A stretch of DNA of 64,000 nucleotides from Diplonema japonicum (Eukaryota; Protista; Euglenozoa: Diplonemea): contig OZ025674.1 in assembly GCA_964019335.1 (NCBI GenBank), forward strand, positions 496,001-560,000, given 5' to 3'. Below, piece by piece: positions 1-12,976 of the stretch (positions are counted from its first letter, which is position 1; every line of letters starts with the position of its first letter). The position numbers were made by a program, and so were the translations under genes. The notes beneath the pieces were generated by a model. It was given only the letters and a program-made list of their open reading frames with translations, had not been told where the DNA came from and did not search any database.

Positions 1-264
1 CCTCCCCCCCTCCTTACCCTCCTTACCCTTGCTTTAGCAAAAGAAACTAAAGCGGGAAGCGAGTGGGTGTGCGAAGCTGGTTTACTGACAGGACTCTCAT
101 GCGGGAATAAAGGGAGAATGAGAAAGTAGCATGCTTAGTTTTTTGGTTCCAAAGATATGAAAGGTTTTCCGAAAAAAAGATTTGGACTAGGCAAAAAAAT
201 GAAGAAAAAAAAAAGACGGAAAAAAAAAAAAAAAGAAAAAAGAAGTTAACCAGTTTTAGCCACA

Positions 265-286
265 ACACACACACACACACACACAC
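265..286. repeat. (AC)n microsatellite
   Basis: About 11 consecutive AC units. Confidence 0.9.
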
Positions 287-500
287 AGTCTTGTTTGACC
301 TCTGCCTCTCTGTTGCAACAATATAACTGCGATGTAAGTTTTCTTTTTTTTTTTTCTTTTTTTTTTTTTAATATTTTTATTTTTTTGTACCCACTCTTTG
401 AAATGTCGGATTTGACTGATGAAGAAAAAAGAAGAAAAAGAAGAGGAACACGCACACACAAGGAGGGGTATCTGGGTGGAATTTTCGGGTATAATTTACC

Positions 501-1098
501 CAGGGGTGGTGCGGCTGTGCGTACGGCTCCTTACCCCTACAGGTACAGGCTACGGGTCAAAGGGCTTACTGGACAAGAGGGGCAAATGGGAGTGGGGCAC
601 AAAAATGGATGGAAGAGAGGGCGGGCGGCAGGCTTCATGCAAACACTTTTACACCCGATTCGTCTCCATCAGACGCTCTCTTTGTCATCAGGATCAGGCG
701 CCCTGATGCAGGTCTTCCAACGCCAGTTCTGCCGCACGCCAGTAGTCTCTCACAAACTGCGTGCAGGTGAAACTACGTTTTCTGAAGTAGAGTTTGACCT
801 GAATTATATCTCTGACAAGAATCAGCTTTGTCAAATCTCAATGGCCGATCTTTGGGCCTTTGACCTTGAACGGTGCCCCTCACCCCTAGCTCCCTACACC
901 GCAGGCCTGACCCAAAGCCTCATGCCTATAAGTCGCAAGATACACATGTCCGGTGACTATTGCCTTTGACTTTTCTTGAAGACTTTCCAAAATGAATGCC
1001 GTACGCAAAAAATGCGTACGCGTGCCGTACGCAGCAAATCTAAAAAAAGTGCGTACGGCGTACGTTCGAAATACGCGTACGCCGACAACGTAGCCCTA
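501..1098. mobile_element. Possible non-autonomous hAT-like element remnant
   Basis: Left end CAGGGGTGG and right end (reverse complement) TAGGGCTACG resemble hAT YAGGG termini. Palindromic CGTACG occurs at 520 and six times in 1000-1081, like subterminal repeats. No 8-bp TSD is visible. Confidence 0.35.
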
Positions 1099-2133
1099 GG
1101 GGGGGGGGGGGGGGGGGGGAGAGAGAGAGAGAGGGGAAAAAAAAGGGGTGATAAAGACACAAAGTAACCATACATCCTGCTCCCCAGCTGGCGTTTACTC
1201 TCTATTTTATTTTCACCTCAACACAAAGGGAGAAAGCTAAAATTATTATATTCGTACACTTTGGTACAGTGCAAGCAAAAAAAAGGGGGGGGGGACCTTG
1301 TACTGCCCTTCTTCTTTTTTTTTTTGGTATGTCAGTTCTAGGTGCAAGCTGAGTATAAAAGAAAGAAAAAGAAGGGGGAGGGGGGACAATATAAGTCTAC
1401 GTTTTTTTTTTCTTGTTAATTCTCGGTTTTCCTCCTTTCCCCCCCTTTCTCTTTTGAAACTTTTTCTTATTCTTTGGGTGCTACCCATCGTTTCCTTTTT
1501 TTTTTTTTTTTCCCCCTCTCCCCCTTCTTTTCTTGATGTAACTCCTCAAAAAAAAAAAAAAGGTTTTTGCGAAAAAAAAAAAAGAAATTGCAAGTTTCTA
1601 CAAAGGATTTCATAGTGCTTCTTCTTCTTCTTTTTTTTTTTTTTTTGAGAACAAAGGGGGGCGTCTCACAAAGACTTCCTTTAACTCATATATATAAATG
1701 TTTTGCTTGTTTTCTTTGTTAGAGTATTAATTACGAATTCTTCCTCGCCCCAAAGGTCCGACTCCGTGGGAAACTCAACTTGCGATGCAAGTGGGGGGGG
1801 GTAGGAGAGAAAGAGCGAAAAGAGAACAAAATCCATTAACCTTCTTCACCTTGCTGGAAGGTCCAGCTAGTGCCCCCTTGACATCATTTCCCGGGTAAAT
1901 AGTGTGGCAATCAGAGACCGGTCCAGCTGGTATATCTTTATATCCGATTTTTTTGCGGATGATTCCCCATAGAGCACCCACAGGATTATCTTGGCGTTAC
2001 TTCCTTTAAAGTTTTAAAGGAAGAAAAAAAAAAAAGCGACGAAGGAAAGGAAAAAGAGGAAGAACCACCTTTTTTTTTTTTTTTTTTTTTTTGTGTTCCC
2101 GTATTGACAAATAAATAAGTATATTGTCAGTAC

Positions 2134-2166
<33 letters not shown>

Positions 2167-3549
2167 GGTAAAAGAAAATGGGAAAGGGCTACTCGTTGGC
2201 AGCACTGTCAGTTGATTTTATACAGATTTTTTTTTCCCCCTGGAACAAGGTTCAAAAAGAAAACTTTAAAGAAGATTTGAAAAACGGGCAGCTCTGTCGT
2301 TGTGACTGCTTTGCACAAAGTGAGCAGACTCTTTTTTTTTTTTTCCTCTCTTTTTTTTCTTTGTTCTTTGTTCTCCCCCTCCCCCCTCTCTTTTTTTCTC
2401 TTTTTCTTTTTCTTGGGATTTATTCTATATAAAGAGTAGAAGGAAAGGCGCAATCTCCCTCTTTTCCCCCCCCCCACCACCCAATCCCCCTCTCAAATTG
2501 TGTAGCAGTTTCTCTTACACAGTTTAAGCTCTCTCTTTATTTCCTTTTTTTTTTTTTTTTTTTTTGCTCCTATTATTTGTTTTTTTTCTTCTTTTTTTTT
2601 TCCTCCGTCCTCTTCTCTTTTACTCCCTAGTCCTTCGAACGTGAACCCGAGAAAAAAAAAAAAAAAAAAAAGAAGGTTTTTACAAATGCAGAGGTTTTGA
2701 GTCATTCTCCCCCGACCCCCCTTTTTTTTTTGGTAGTGGTGAAGTGCCGTCCGGGTTGTGTCGAAAACACCCTGGGCTTCGAGCCGATCACGGGGAAGAA
2801 GAGGGGGAGGTCTTCTCGTTATACACTTTGAGATAGATGAAAAACAGGAACCTCCTTTTTTATTTTTTTTTTATGAAAAAACAGAACACATGTTTAAGTT
2901 TCTTTCGACCTCTGCAGATAGAAATTCACATAGTGCACAAACAACAACAGGTAGCGGGATAGTTTTTTTTTTTTTTTTCCGACTCGACTCGTACTCACTA
3001 TCGCGATTTACATTTTGGTTACTCGGGTTTTCCGTTCTTTATGCCGTTGGGAAAGAATTATATTTTTTTTTTTTCCTTGTGCCAAGAAAACATATTCACT
3101 ACAAGGGAAACATATAAATCTTTTTTTTTTTTGGTTTTTTCTTCTTCATCATTTTAGTAATTTTTAGTCTATTTCCCCCTTTGCTGTATATTCTCTGATG
3201 TGTTAATTTTCAAAGGCCCGTCTCTTTTTCCCCTCCCTTTTTTTTTTAAAAGAAAACTTTAAAAAAAAAAGGGGGAAAGGCACATGGCAGAGCTTGCACA
3301 TTGGAAAGATACCTTTTTTTTTTTGGTTGTCCTCTATCCCCATTTTAAAATATTTTCCATTTATTATTGAAATAAAAGCAAAGGTTTTCTTTTTCTTTTT
3401 TTTCTCATCCCTTCTTCTTCTTTTCTCCCCCCCCCCTATTCCATTGTTTCAAAAGTCTTTTTTTTATTCTCAACCATTTCATCCCCCTGCTGCTGCTCTT
3501 TCCTTATACTCTCCTCCTTTCTACTCTTTTCTTTTATGCAGATATTGAT

Positions 3550-3760
3550 GAATGGCAGCAAACTGCACGAGCGCAGAATATTGGCTCCCCATTTGGTGAT
3601 TTAGTGCATGTGCACACCGCACGCATTAAAGACACGATGCGGTATACAAAAGAAGCTACAGCTCGACCAAAATGCACCCCCTGAAATCAAGAAGACAGTG
3701 CTTTGTCCAAGGCGTCTCCGACACTGGCCACCTTTATCGAATTTCTTTTTTTTTTTTATA
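3550..3760 (+). mobile_element. Retroposon-like 3' stub (related to family B) with T tail
   Basis: Shares TGCACACCGCACGCATTAA and further similarity with 20922-20985. Ends CTTTATCGAATTTC(T)n. Confidence 0.45.
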
Positions 3761-3857
3761 TGCCATCTCTCTCTCCCCCCCCCCTCTCCCCTTCTCCTTC
3801 TTCTTCTTCTCCCCTCATTCTATACCTTATCTTGCAGCATAAAAAAACCCTATTTAA

Positions 3858-5947
3858 CCATTAACCACTAAAGGACCGGGGGTTTTGGCGAAAAAAGTGC
3901 CAAGGACCGTCTATTTACGAACCCGGAAAAAAGAAAATGCGAGAGTTTAACCATAGGAAAGTACACTATACCCTTTAAAAAGCACGTGACCCAGGGGGTA
4001 AAAAAAACAGTTTATTTTCCATGCAGGGGGGCTTACTTAGTGTTCATACGGGGTCGGGAGAGGAAATATACGACAAAGTACTGAGCATCACGAGCGACTT
4101 TGCTCAACCCACTCGAGGGCGCTTGGGCGGAGGACAGCCTCCCCCACTTTTTTTTTTCCCCACAGATGTCGATTTTCTTCCAACATTGAGTCCTGGCGGA
4201 CGCTGGAGCCTTTGAGGATTTTTTTTTCAAGCGTCCCCAGAATTGTCGGTATTTTACCATGTCAGGGTAGTCATTTTTTGTATGAAAAACCTCAAAGCAC
4301 TCAGGGCACAGGGCAACATTGCACGTTTTGCAGGTGTAAAATTGTTTTTTTTTTGATTTTTGGCACAGCCTTGAGGTGAATTTCGTCCATCAAGGCGGGC
4401 AGAACCCAGACGGCGATCCAGGTGTTCAGTTGTACCACGTCTGCGTCGAATGTGGTGCCCTTGGATGTGGCATACACCTTCGAACAGCTGATAATGGACC
4501 TCAGCAAGCTGTTTGTGATAAACAAACAGAAAAGTTGTAGCCTATCCATGTTGCTGTTCGATGTTGCTGGACCCCTGTACCCATGTCACTTCCTGGCCGG
4601 TATACGGTTGATATTTGTCCCCCAGCGCACACCACCCTCATCTGAGGTGGTGCTGGGGTTGGAAGAAGCACTTCCCAAGGTCCTGAGAAGCTGCTCTCAA
4701 ATAATAAGTACAAAAGGAAACCAAGCAACCCCCTTGGGGACGGGTTTTTGTGTTTATTCTCCGCGCAAAAGGGTATTTCAAATATAAAAAATCGCGGAAC
4801 AATGGGTCTTAGTAAAATCCAGGGGCTGTGTGGCACAAAAAGTGTCACATAGAAAAGATAATTTTTCTTCCATTTCACATATGTCCTCATGGTCCTTTAG
4901 TGGTTAAAGGACGAAGCGCTAGATATCTAGCGATCAAAAAATTAAGATTTTTGTATAGGCATTTTAAGTACCATAGACCCTTACCCTTGCACAGAATGAC
5001 CTAGTTCCGCGATTTCTTTTCCATCGAAAATCACTTTTGGCCCCTAGATTAACCTCCAAAAACACCCTCGAAACCAGTTTTGGGTGGCACGAAAGCTCAT
5101 ATGAGCAGTACTGATTCACGACGAGTTCGGTAATGCCCAAGGGGACATACTCACTGACGATGGGACCTCACCTAGCGCCAGTAGTGACGAGAATAGTGAA
5201 AATATGCGCTGGTAGAGCGATATTACGCAGGTTACGCGTAAGAAGTGACAGGGCACAGGGGGGCAGAAATCACACGGTAGGCATCGCTTCAGAGTATTCC
5301 AGCCTGCAAAGAGGACAGGTGAGGCTGTGCACCGGGCAGAATCTGACACAGGTTCTGAAATGGGGACCGAGGGGCCCAGGGAAGATGCTAGGCGCGACTT
5401 CACTGGTCCAAAAAACTGGATGCAGCAAGACAATGCACACACCACATGCGTGTTTTGGGGGTCCGGGTGCAAACTATCTTCATCTGCAAGGCTCGTACCG
5501 TGCATCTGTGCCCAGCTTGCTTTGCGGACTATCACGAACCAGTGGTTTAACCACCCCAATCTACCCCCTCTGGAGGCCCGGCCACACCGAAGAAACGCCT
5601 AAGGTACCAGCGTCTCCAAACACATACCCTTCTCCCCAGGTCGTCATCTGAGCCAAGTCCCAAAAGCAAAACCCCCCCTAGCACTCCGAGGCCCAAGCGA
5701 AAAAAGTAATGAAGTGTCTAACCTATGGGTGGGTTTTTACAATAGATTTCACTTCAATTCCTTGTTCTATTCACTTCCCAGGGCCTTTGAGGGGCGTCTG
5801 GGGGTGTTTTTTGTCCCTCCTGGGTGATGTATTTTCTTTTACACAAGCGCCGTTCTATGGTTGCATGCTCGAGGATGTTTTAATTTTAGAAAATAAAAAA
5901 GTCGGTGGTGACCTTTTTTTTGCCCAAAAACCCCCGTCCTTTAATGG
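3858..5947 (+). mobile_element. Internally deleted piggyBac element (outer), with left TIR interrupted by a second piggyBac
   Basis: TTAA TSD at 3854-3857 and 5948-5951. The reconstructed left TIR CCA-TTAA-AGGACG matches the right end CGTCCTTTAATGG. Remnant C-terminal Cys-rich domain (QTIFICKARTVHLCPACFADYH) near 5470-5540. Confidence 0.85.
3865..4903 (-). mobile_element. Internally deleted piggyBac element (inner)
   Basis: Perfect 13-bp TIR CCACTAAAGGACC / GGTCCTTTAGTGG with TTAA TSD at 3861-3864 and 4904-4907. Minus-strand remnants: N-terminal LFCLFITNSLLRSIISCSKVYA and Cys-rich YTCKTCNVALCPECFEVFH. Confidence 0.9.
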
Positions 5948-5987
5948 TTAATTTAATTTATTTTCTATTCCTATTCTAGGTAGAAAT

Positions 5988-6485
5988 ATGTACATTATAA
6001 CAATAGCTGCAGTAGTAGCTGCAGCGGAGACGGTGTGTCTGGAGGGATTCATAGATGTTGTAAGGGGCGATATTTCGAAGGTAAAGACGGAGGAAAGGGG
6101 GCAGGTGATAGGCAGCTGTGAGGTGGAGCCAGCAGTGACAAGGAAGCTGCTCGAGATCGCAGTGGAGGAGGAAGAGCTCATGCTGGAGATCAAAAGACAA
6201 TGGATCGCCTCCTTCAACCTGGCGGTCGTGCAATGCGAGGGAAACAAGAAAGCCTTGGAAACCTTATCCGAGATAAAACCGGTCCTCCTCGACCCGCACC
6301 ACGCGACCGAAGGCCCGGAGCTCCGGTCGGCCTCTGTGTTGAGCCTCGACGCCACTACCTTAGAAATGTTCCGCGAAAAAGGCATCACCGCTGACAACAG
6401 GTGCAGCATCAACTGGGACAGAGTTGCAGCCTTCGTTCGCAGCCGGTGGTCGGTCTATCAAACTAGAATTCTAGCTTTGCTGTAA
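5988..6485 (+). CDS. Hypothetical protein (165 aa, hydrophobic N-terminus)
   Basis: GC-rich ORF with coding-like composition, a pyrimidine-rich AG just upstream, and the same strand as its neighbours. No family recognised. Confidence 0.55.
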   Translation: MYIITIAAVVAAAETVCLEGFIDVVRGDISKVKTEERGQVIGSCEVEPAVTRKLLEIAVEEEELMLEIKRQWIASFNLAVVQCEGNKKALETLSEIKPVLLDPHHATEGPELRSASVLSLDATTLEMFREKGITADNRCSINWDRVAAFVRSRWSVYQTRILALL

Positions 6486-6566
6486 TAAAAACGTATTTTT
6501 TTTTTTGTTGTTTTTTGAATTTCTTTTGTTATTTATTCTCCTTTTCAGGCAGGTGGGGACCATGTC

Positions 6567-9500
6567 ATGTCAACCCCGTCTGACCCCCCAACTGCCTCGC
6601 AGCATGAAGGCATCGATGTTGTAGTCGATGAGGGGGAATGCGAGCCAGTAGGGAAGGTACTAGATGATCAAGACAGCAATGGGGCGATGCTTCTTCGTCC
6701 CAACAGCATGTGTCTCAACAGAAAGGACACCGGCATCACCATTCCATCGCCCAGTGCAAGCCCGCGGAACTCCAGGAAGTCCGACGGGCAGATGTCGTAC
6801 GACATAAGCTTCACAGCACCCGACAGCGAGGTCGAGACAGCTGTTGAACCCAAAAAAGAACCGAAGAACGACAACAACGATGAGGCTGAGTTCGGTGTGT
6901 TCAGCACAGACAAGTCGTGGCTTGAGAACAACAAGGGGCTCACCCCGCACTTTGTTCCGGCGGAGCGCAAAACATCGTTAACATGCAATAGAAAAGAGCT
7001 CCAGAAGCTTATCGCACACCCCATGCTCCCGAAAGAAGCAGTCGAGGCATTGGCAGGCGCACAACGACGACCGACAGCAGAGGTTGCGGAGATAACACGG
7101 CGCATTATGTTGAAGCCAGAAACACCTATGGAGATCTCCAATGCGATATGCAAGGTGGTGGTTAGCAACAATCTTGCGCAGGCTGCAAAGGCGATGCGAC
7201 GTGACACGGCGAGCACTGTGATCACCCAAATGGAAGAGGAAGGCGTCGCGTTCGAAGAAGCAGTGCGCCGGCACGGCCTGCAAGGGAAGTCCTTCAAGAT
7301 CTTCAGGCCGACCAACATCGTCCGCGTCGTCTGCGCCACTATCATCCTGCACCCCATCGTGACAGGCTGCCTCACAGCACTCATTTTGTTCAACAGCATC
7401 GCAGTGGCATTCACGGACACAAAACAACTTAAGGGAACGGAGCCCAAGTCAGACCTCACCACAACTGTTCTGTTGATCGATAGGATCTCGGTGTATATAT
7501 TTTTTCTGGAGTACATTATGAAGATGATTGCACTGGGCGTTTATGACGGTTCATACACGCTGTTTGGACGGAAACACGGGCGGTGGTTCGCGGCAGACTT
7601 TTTCATTGTACTCCTGAGTGTGGTGCTGGTCACGTCGAACGAAGGCAGTGGGATCAGCATGCTCCGTGCCTTCCGAGCTGTACGTCCATTGAGGTCCGTC
7701 CGCGCGTTCAGCGGGATCCGTGCCATCCTCGACTCCCTGATGCAGTCGGTTCAACTGTTGGGCGATTCCGTCACATTGCTGTGCTTCTCGTTGCTGATGT
7801 GGGGGATGATCGGGGTGGAGTTCTTCAGAGGTGTTTTGCACCACCGCTGCATGCTGGAGGATGATGTGACAATTGATTCCAATTTCACCGTTTCGTACCT
7901 GCCGTCGATCCCCATGCAGTACTGCTCAGACGACGTGCCCTGCCCGGGGGAGATGGAGTGCGTAGTGGCCGACCCCGTCTACCCTTATAAATACGCGAAT
8001 TTCGATAACATGGCTTCCGCGTTGCTGACGATCTTTCAGGTGATCACGCTGTCGTCGTGGACAGACATCATGACCGCCCACATCAACGGCTCCACACGTG
8101 TGGTCGCCACCTCGTACTTCGTCACATTAGTTCTCTTCGTGTCATGGATAGTCTTGAACCTCTTTGTAGCAGTTATCAACACTGTTTTTTCAACAATCCG
8201 ATCTCGGCAAGCAGGCTCCGGGTTTGGCAACGACGCTGATTATGTGGACATAAAGACGTACTGGGAGAAGCTCTCGACATGTCTCTTGGGGATGATCCGA
8301 AAGACTGAAACGGTGGCCAAAACCGTAGTGTGGAACGAGTCCCAACAGGACGATAAAGAGCGGAAGCCGTCGAAGCTGTCAGAGGTTATCTCCTCCCAAG
8401 CCGTCGAGCTCACAATCAACACACTGATCCTCATCAATCTTATCATGCAAGCTTCACAGTATCGTGGGATGGGGAAGACGCATGAGAATGTTTTGTTCTA
8501 CTCCGAGCATGTCTTTGCAGGGGTGTTTCTTGCTGAGATGTTGTTACGAATCGCTGCTTGCGGGTCGCTGGCCTCGTTCTTATCGGAGAGGTGGAATGTG
8601 TTTGATGCCACGTTGGTCGTTATCAGCTATGTCACGCTGTATTTTTTGGACACGAATGTTGCTTTTCTCCGGTCGTTCCGGGTGTTCAGAGCGGTGCGGT
8701 TGTTGCGATCGTCGCAAGCGAAGGGTCTGCGGCAGCTCGTTGAGAACTCCTTGAAGGCTCTGATCCCTGCAGCGAACGTCATGATATTCTTCATCTTCGG
8801 TTTGTTCCTCTTCGCGGGGCTTGGCAAACAGCTTTTAGGAGGCGAGCTCCCTGAGAACCCATCGTTCAGGGAAAGCTTCGACGACATGTGGAAGTCAACG
8901 GTGTCCCTGTTCGTGGTGATGACGGGAGACAATTGGTTTGCGTCGCTATACAAACTAATGGACCCCAGCGAAGGGTTCGGACCGGCGATTGTAGCTTTCT
9001 ACGTTGCGTTTTACATCTGGTCTGTGTGGGTGATGCTTTCACTCTTTACAGCAGTTGTCTTGGAGTCCTTTGCAGTCCCCGAAGAGGAGAAAATGTCGCG
9101 TATCAGAGAGAACAAGATAAAACAGCATGCGACAACAGCACCTGCCGACACTGAAACCGACTTGTTTCTCGACAAATTCTTCGACCCTACCACCCTCAAG
9201 ATACACTGGGAAAAAGACCCCCGCCCCCCTTTAATCGAAGACAGCAACGGTGCCGACTACGTCCGCCTCGGCGGTGCCGCCACCACATTGGGAAGCACGA
9301 CATGGCGGTGGCGAGCACACATGTCGCTGTTCCTGTTTGCTCCGAACCATGTTGTCAGACGGGCTTGCTATGCTCTAAGCACGCATAAATATTTTGAATG
9401 GGCTGTAATATTGATAATCTGCGCGTCGTGTTTCCTTTTAATATTGGGGAGTTACTTGCAAGCTCCGGAGGCTTACCACGCCAAAGAGGAAAGCAATACC

Positions 9501-11808
9501 TGGCTTGAAGGGATCGACATGGCGGTGGCGTACTTCTTCTTGTGCGAATTATTGGTGAAGGTGATTGCAAGGGGGTTCTTAATAGGTGATAAGACGTATC
9601 TGTCGGACCATTGGAACAGATTCGACTTCGTGCTGCTGGTTATGATGTTCTTGGCGCCAAGTGTTAAGACGCTACGTGTGCTGCGTGCGCTGAGGCCGTT
9701 GAGAATGGTGAGGAGGATGGACAGGATGAAGAACATAATGTCAGCCTTGTGGAAGTCCATCCCGATGATAGTAATGGTTTCCATCGCATCATTGTTTGTA
9801 ATAGTTATTTTTGGTTTGGTTGGTATGGGGCTCTTCATGGGCAAACTCGACATTTGCAACGAAAGAACAATGTCAAGACCGGACTGCATAGGTGTGTTTG
9901 AAACAGCAACTGGCTACCTTGTCCCAAGGGTGTGGAAACGTAACGATCTGCATTTCGACGACATGGGCTCCAGCGTGTTCACACTCCTCCAGGTTGTCTC
10001 GTTGAACAACTGGGCGAAACTAATGTACGCAACCATGGACAGCACATCAGAAGGCCGACCTCCGCAGCAGAACACTGCTGAAGGTTACGCTGTGTACTTC
10101 ATGTGCTACATCCTTCTTGGAAACTTCTTCCTCATTAACATTTTCATCGGTGTGATCATTGTGTCCATCAACACAGAGGAGAACGTGGAGCTCCTTACCG
10201 ACGACCAGCGAAACTGGCGAGAACTCACCAGACAGCTCGCCATGGTGCGTCCTATTATGTACAAAAAGCCACCCACCTCGCAAGTTAGACGGACGGTGTT
10301 TCACATTGTCGAAAGCTTGCCATTCTCGATGTTTATAGCAACAGTGTTGGTGCTGTATATGTTTCTCCTCATGGCACAGCACCATGGCGAACCGGGTTGG
10401 TTTGCGAATCTGTACAAGTTCGGCAACATTGCGGTCACAGGGGTGTTCGTGTGTGAAGTTTTAATGCGCATAACCGCGTACGGACCGAAGGTGTATTTCT
10501 ACTGCCATTGGAACAAATACGACTTCACACTAGTGGCGGGGAACGTAGTGTGCATGTTGATCATGGCTGCAGCCGGATTGCAAACCACGTCTTTCGTAGG
10601 GTACTTCTCGAAAATATTGCGTGTCGGAAGGTTGCTGAGGCTAGTCAAGCGCACGAAGGGAATCCGTTTCCTCCTTGAAACGCTCCTTAGGAGCTTGCAA
10701 GCGATAGCAAACGCCTTCTTAATGCTCGGGTTCCTCCTGTTTATATGGGGTCTGAGCGGTGTGGCCTTCTTCGGGTCCGTTCGCCACCAAAGGTATTTGA
10801 ACGACAAGACGAACTTCCGAACGTTCTTCAACGCAATAATGACACTATTCCGCATGGGCACCTTGGATGGCTGGAACGACATCATGTTCGACTGTGGTGT
10901 GCAGCACCCTTACTGCACGAAGGACGATGTTATGGATGACTGCGGTCCGGCACCGTGGATCACACGGCTCTACTTCTCGGCCTTTTACATCCTCGGGAGC
11001 CTTGTTGTCTACAACTTGTTGATAGGTATCATCATCGATGAGTTTGCAATCTGCTACTCCACACGTTACTTCGATATCAAGCCTGCTCACATTGAGGACT
11101 TTGTCCGAACGTGGCAGATGGAAGATGAAGAGAACGAAGGGTACCTCCCAAGGTGGCAGGTCATTAGAATCGTCAGGGAATTGCTTGATAAAGGGTATAT
11201 CAACAATAATAACAAAAAGAAGAGGGGGAAAAAAAAAGGAAAAAAAAAAAAACAGAAACACACTTGGATTCAAGACAAAGAGTGTTGAGTATCAGCTGCT
11301 TCTCTTCCACATGGATGTCATTGCAAAGAAGAGCAAAGCACGGTCAGATGGGGTGCCCGGTTCGCCTAGGAGGCGGTCTGTGCTGCAAATAGAGACAGGT
11401 GATGTTGACGCGCCGTATTCGTTTAAAACGATTTTGCTGTTGTTGGCAAAGCTCAGGGTGCCTGACACAGCCCTGACGGAGCCTGAGTTGAAGATGAGAA
11501 GGGAGATAAAGAAGAGAGCCACCTTGCTTTACCTTCGCAATAAGGCATTTGCGTCTATGCGGTCCTTTCACACCATTTGTAAGCTGGAGAAAGCCGATGT
11601 TCAGCAGGCCAACACGCTCGCCTCCCTCCGCTGTGACCTCCGCAGACGGCAGCAGCACGTGCTCGACAACGCGGGCTCGCACCCCAGCGCGGAGGCCTTC
11701 GACAGCGACGCCATCGACCACCAATACCGCAAGCAAAAGGGTGGCACCATTAAGGACGTCGCCAAGCGCAGCAAGCTGGCACTTAAAATCATGCGATCTG
11801 TCGGTTAG
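6567..11808 (+). CDS. Four-domain voltage-gated cation channel alpha subunit, NALCN/Cch1-like (about 1726 aa; intron 11195-11255)
   Basis: Four 6-TM repeats with RxxRxxR S4 helices and P-loops TLSSW, TGDNW, SLNNW and TLDGW. LVPRVW and PYCT..DCG motifs resemble NALCN/Cch1. A GT..CAG intron joins ORF 6567 to ORF 11038 in frame (DKG/NTLGFK). Confidence 0.9.
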
Positions 11809-11976
11809 CCGTTTTTGCTTTGTTGCGTTATGTCTTTTCTTATAACAAAAAAAAAAAAAGAAAAAAAGAAAAATGCCTTTTCTTTTTTACAAAAGAACAT
11901 GGCCCCCCTTTTTCTTCCCCTCTCATTTATATTTTGCGCCTTGCCACCTCCCCCCCTCCATCCCACCAAGGGTAAC

Positions 11977-12879
11977 ATGCAGGGTTGCCGCGAACGGGAC
12001 GTAAAAGCGGCGGTGCGCCTCGGGCGCCACTGGCAGGACGTCATTGCGAAAGCAGACGCAGGGGTGTCTGTGGTAAATGAGGTGATGCTGATCCTCTCCG
12101 AAGTGGGCAGGGAGGACGACAACGGCACGAAGCGCATGGTGCCCATACCAGGAGTGGACTGCGGGGTAGACATTGAAGAGGAACAAGTCGGGACAGAGAA
12201 GGAAGAGGAACGGATCATAGGGAACAAGGCAGCGTGGGACGAGGCAATCGGGTGCCTGGAAGTGAGCGGGAAGAAGAAAAAAGGGGACCACACCGAGGAG
12301 CGAACAGTAACCCAAGTAACACCCCCCACCGTGGACCGCATGATCATGGCGCTAGACGGGATGACGGAGATGTGGGAGTGGCGGTACACAGGTACAGAGG
12401 TCAACGAGGGTAGAGAATGGACAGTGCTCCCCGCATGGGCACTTCCTGTTATTACAAGCGGGCTGCAGCTGTACGCCAGCATGGGGCAAATGATGACGAT
12501 CAAGGACATGGGGAAGTCTCGTGCGGCCAACAAAACACGGTACCAAGACAGAGAGAGGCAGATCGAGCACACCGGCACCGACAGGGGAGTCGCTGTGCCC
12601 GTCCCCATCCTTGAGGAGATGCAAGAGATCGCTAACATCACCTGCAACGATGCAGACATGTCCATCAAGAACGCCTTCACCCACACAACCCTGCATTCAG
12701 GGCGCTCCTTCTTCGGGATGCTGAAGAACACCACAGGGAAGGAAGACGTGTGGTGCCTTGTAGAGGCGTGGCAGCCGCAGTGGGCCACGAGGAAGTCACA
12801 TGACCTGTCAACGACAGGCATGCCATGTGGCAAGGTGTGCGAAATACGGAAGATCGATCTGCGGTACGAGCATCTGTAG
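11977..12879 (+). CDS. Hypothetical protein (may contain unrecognised in-frame introns)
   Basis: Long GC-rich ORF within 11815-12879. Probable start is MQGCRERD after the low-complexity region. Confidence 0.6.
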   Translation: MQGCRERDVKAAVRLGRHWQDVIAKADAGVSVVNEVMLILSEVGREDDNGTKRMVPIPGVDCGVDIEEEQVGTEKEEERIIGNKAAWDEAIGCLEVSGKKKKGDHTEERTVTQVTPPTVDRMIMALDGMTEMWEWRYTGTEVNEGREWTVLPAWALPVITSGLQLYASMGQMMTIKDMGKSRAANKTRYQDRERQIEHTGTDRGVAVPVPILEEMQEIANITCNDADMSIKNAFTHTTLHSGRSFFGMLKNTTGKEDVWCLVEAWQPQWATRKSHDLSTTGMPCGKVCEIRKIDLRYEHL

Positions 12880-12976
12880 CCTTTAAGAGTAACATTGCTT
12901 TGCCCCCTTTCCCCCATCCTCTTTGTTTTTTTTTTTTTTTTTTTTTTTACATCATCAAAGGTAGAAACAAAAGAAA

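Noticed and set aside
10-30. CCTTACCCT repeated twice, telomere-like
   Set aside because: Only two copies and not the CCCTAA unit.
295-969. 224-aa ORF
   Set aside because: Starts in low-complexity sequence, spans a probable TE remnant, and has no recognisable domain.
11195-11288. Apparent frameshifts or premature stops in the channel, USP7, GDH, SKI2 and NSA2 suggesting pseudogenes or recoding
   Set aside because: All are resolved by canonical short GT-AG introns; no alternative genetic code is needed.
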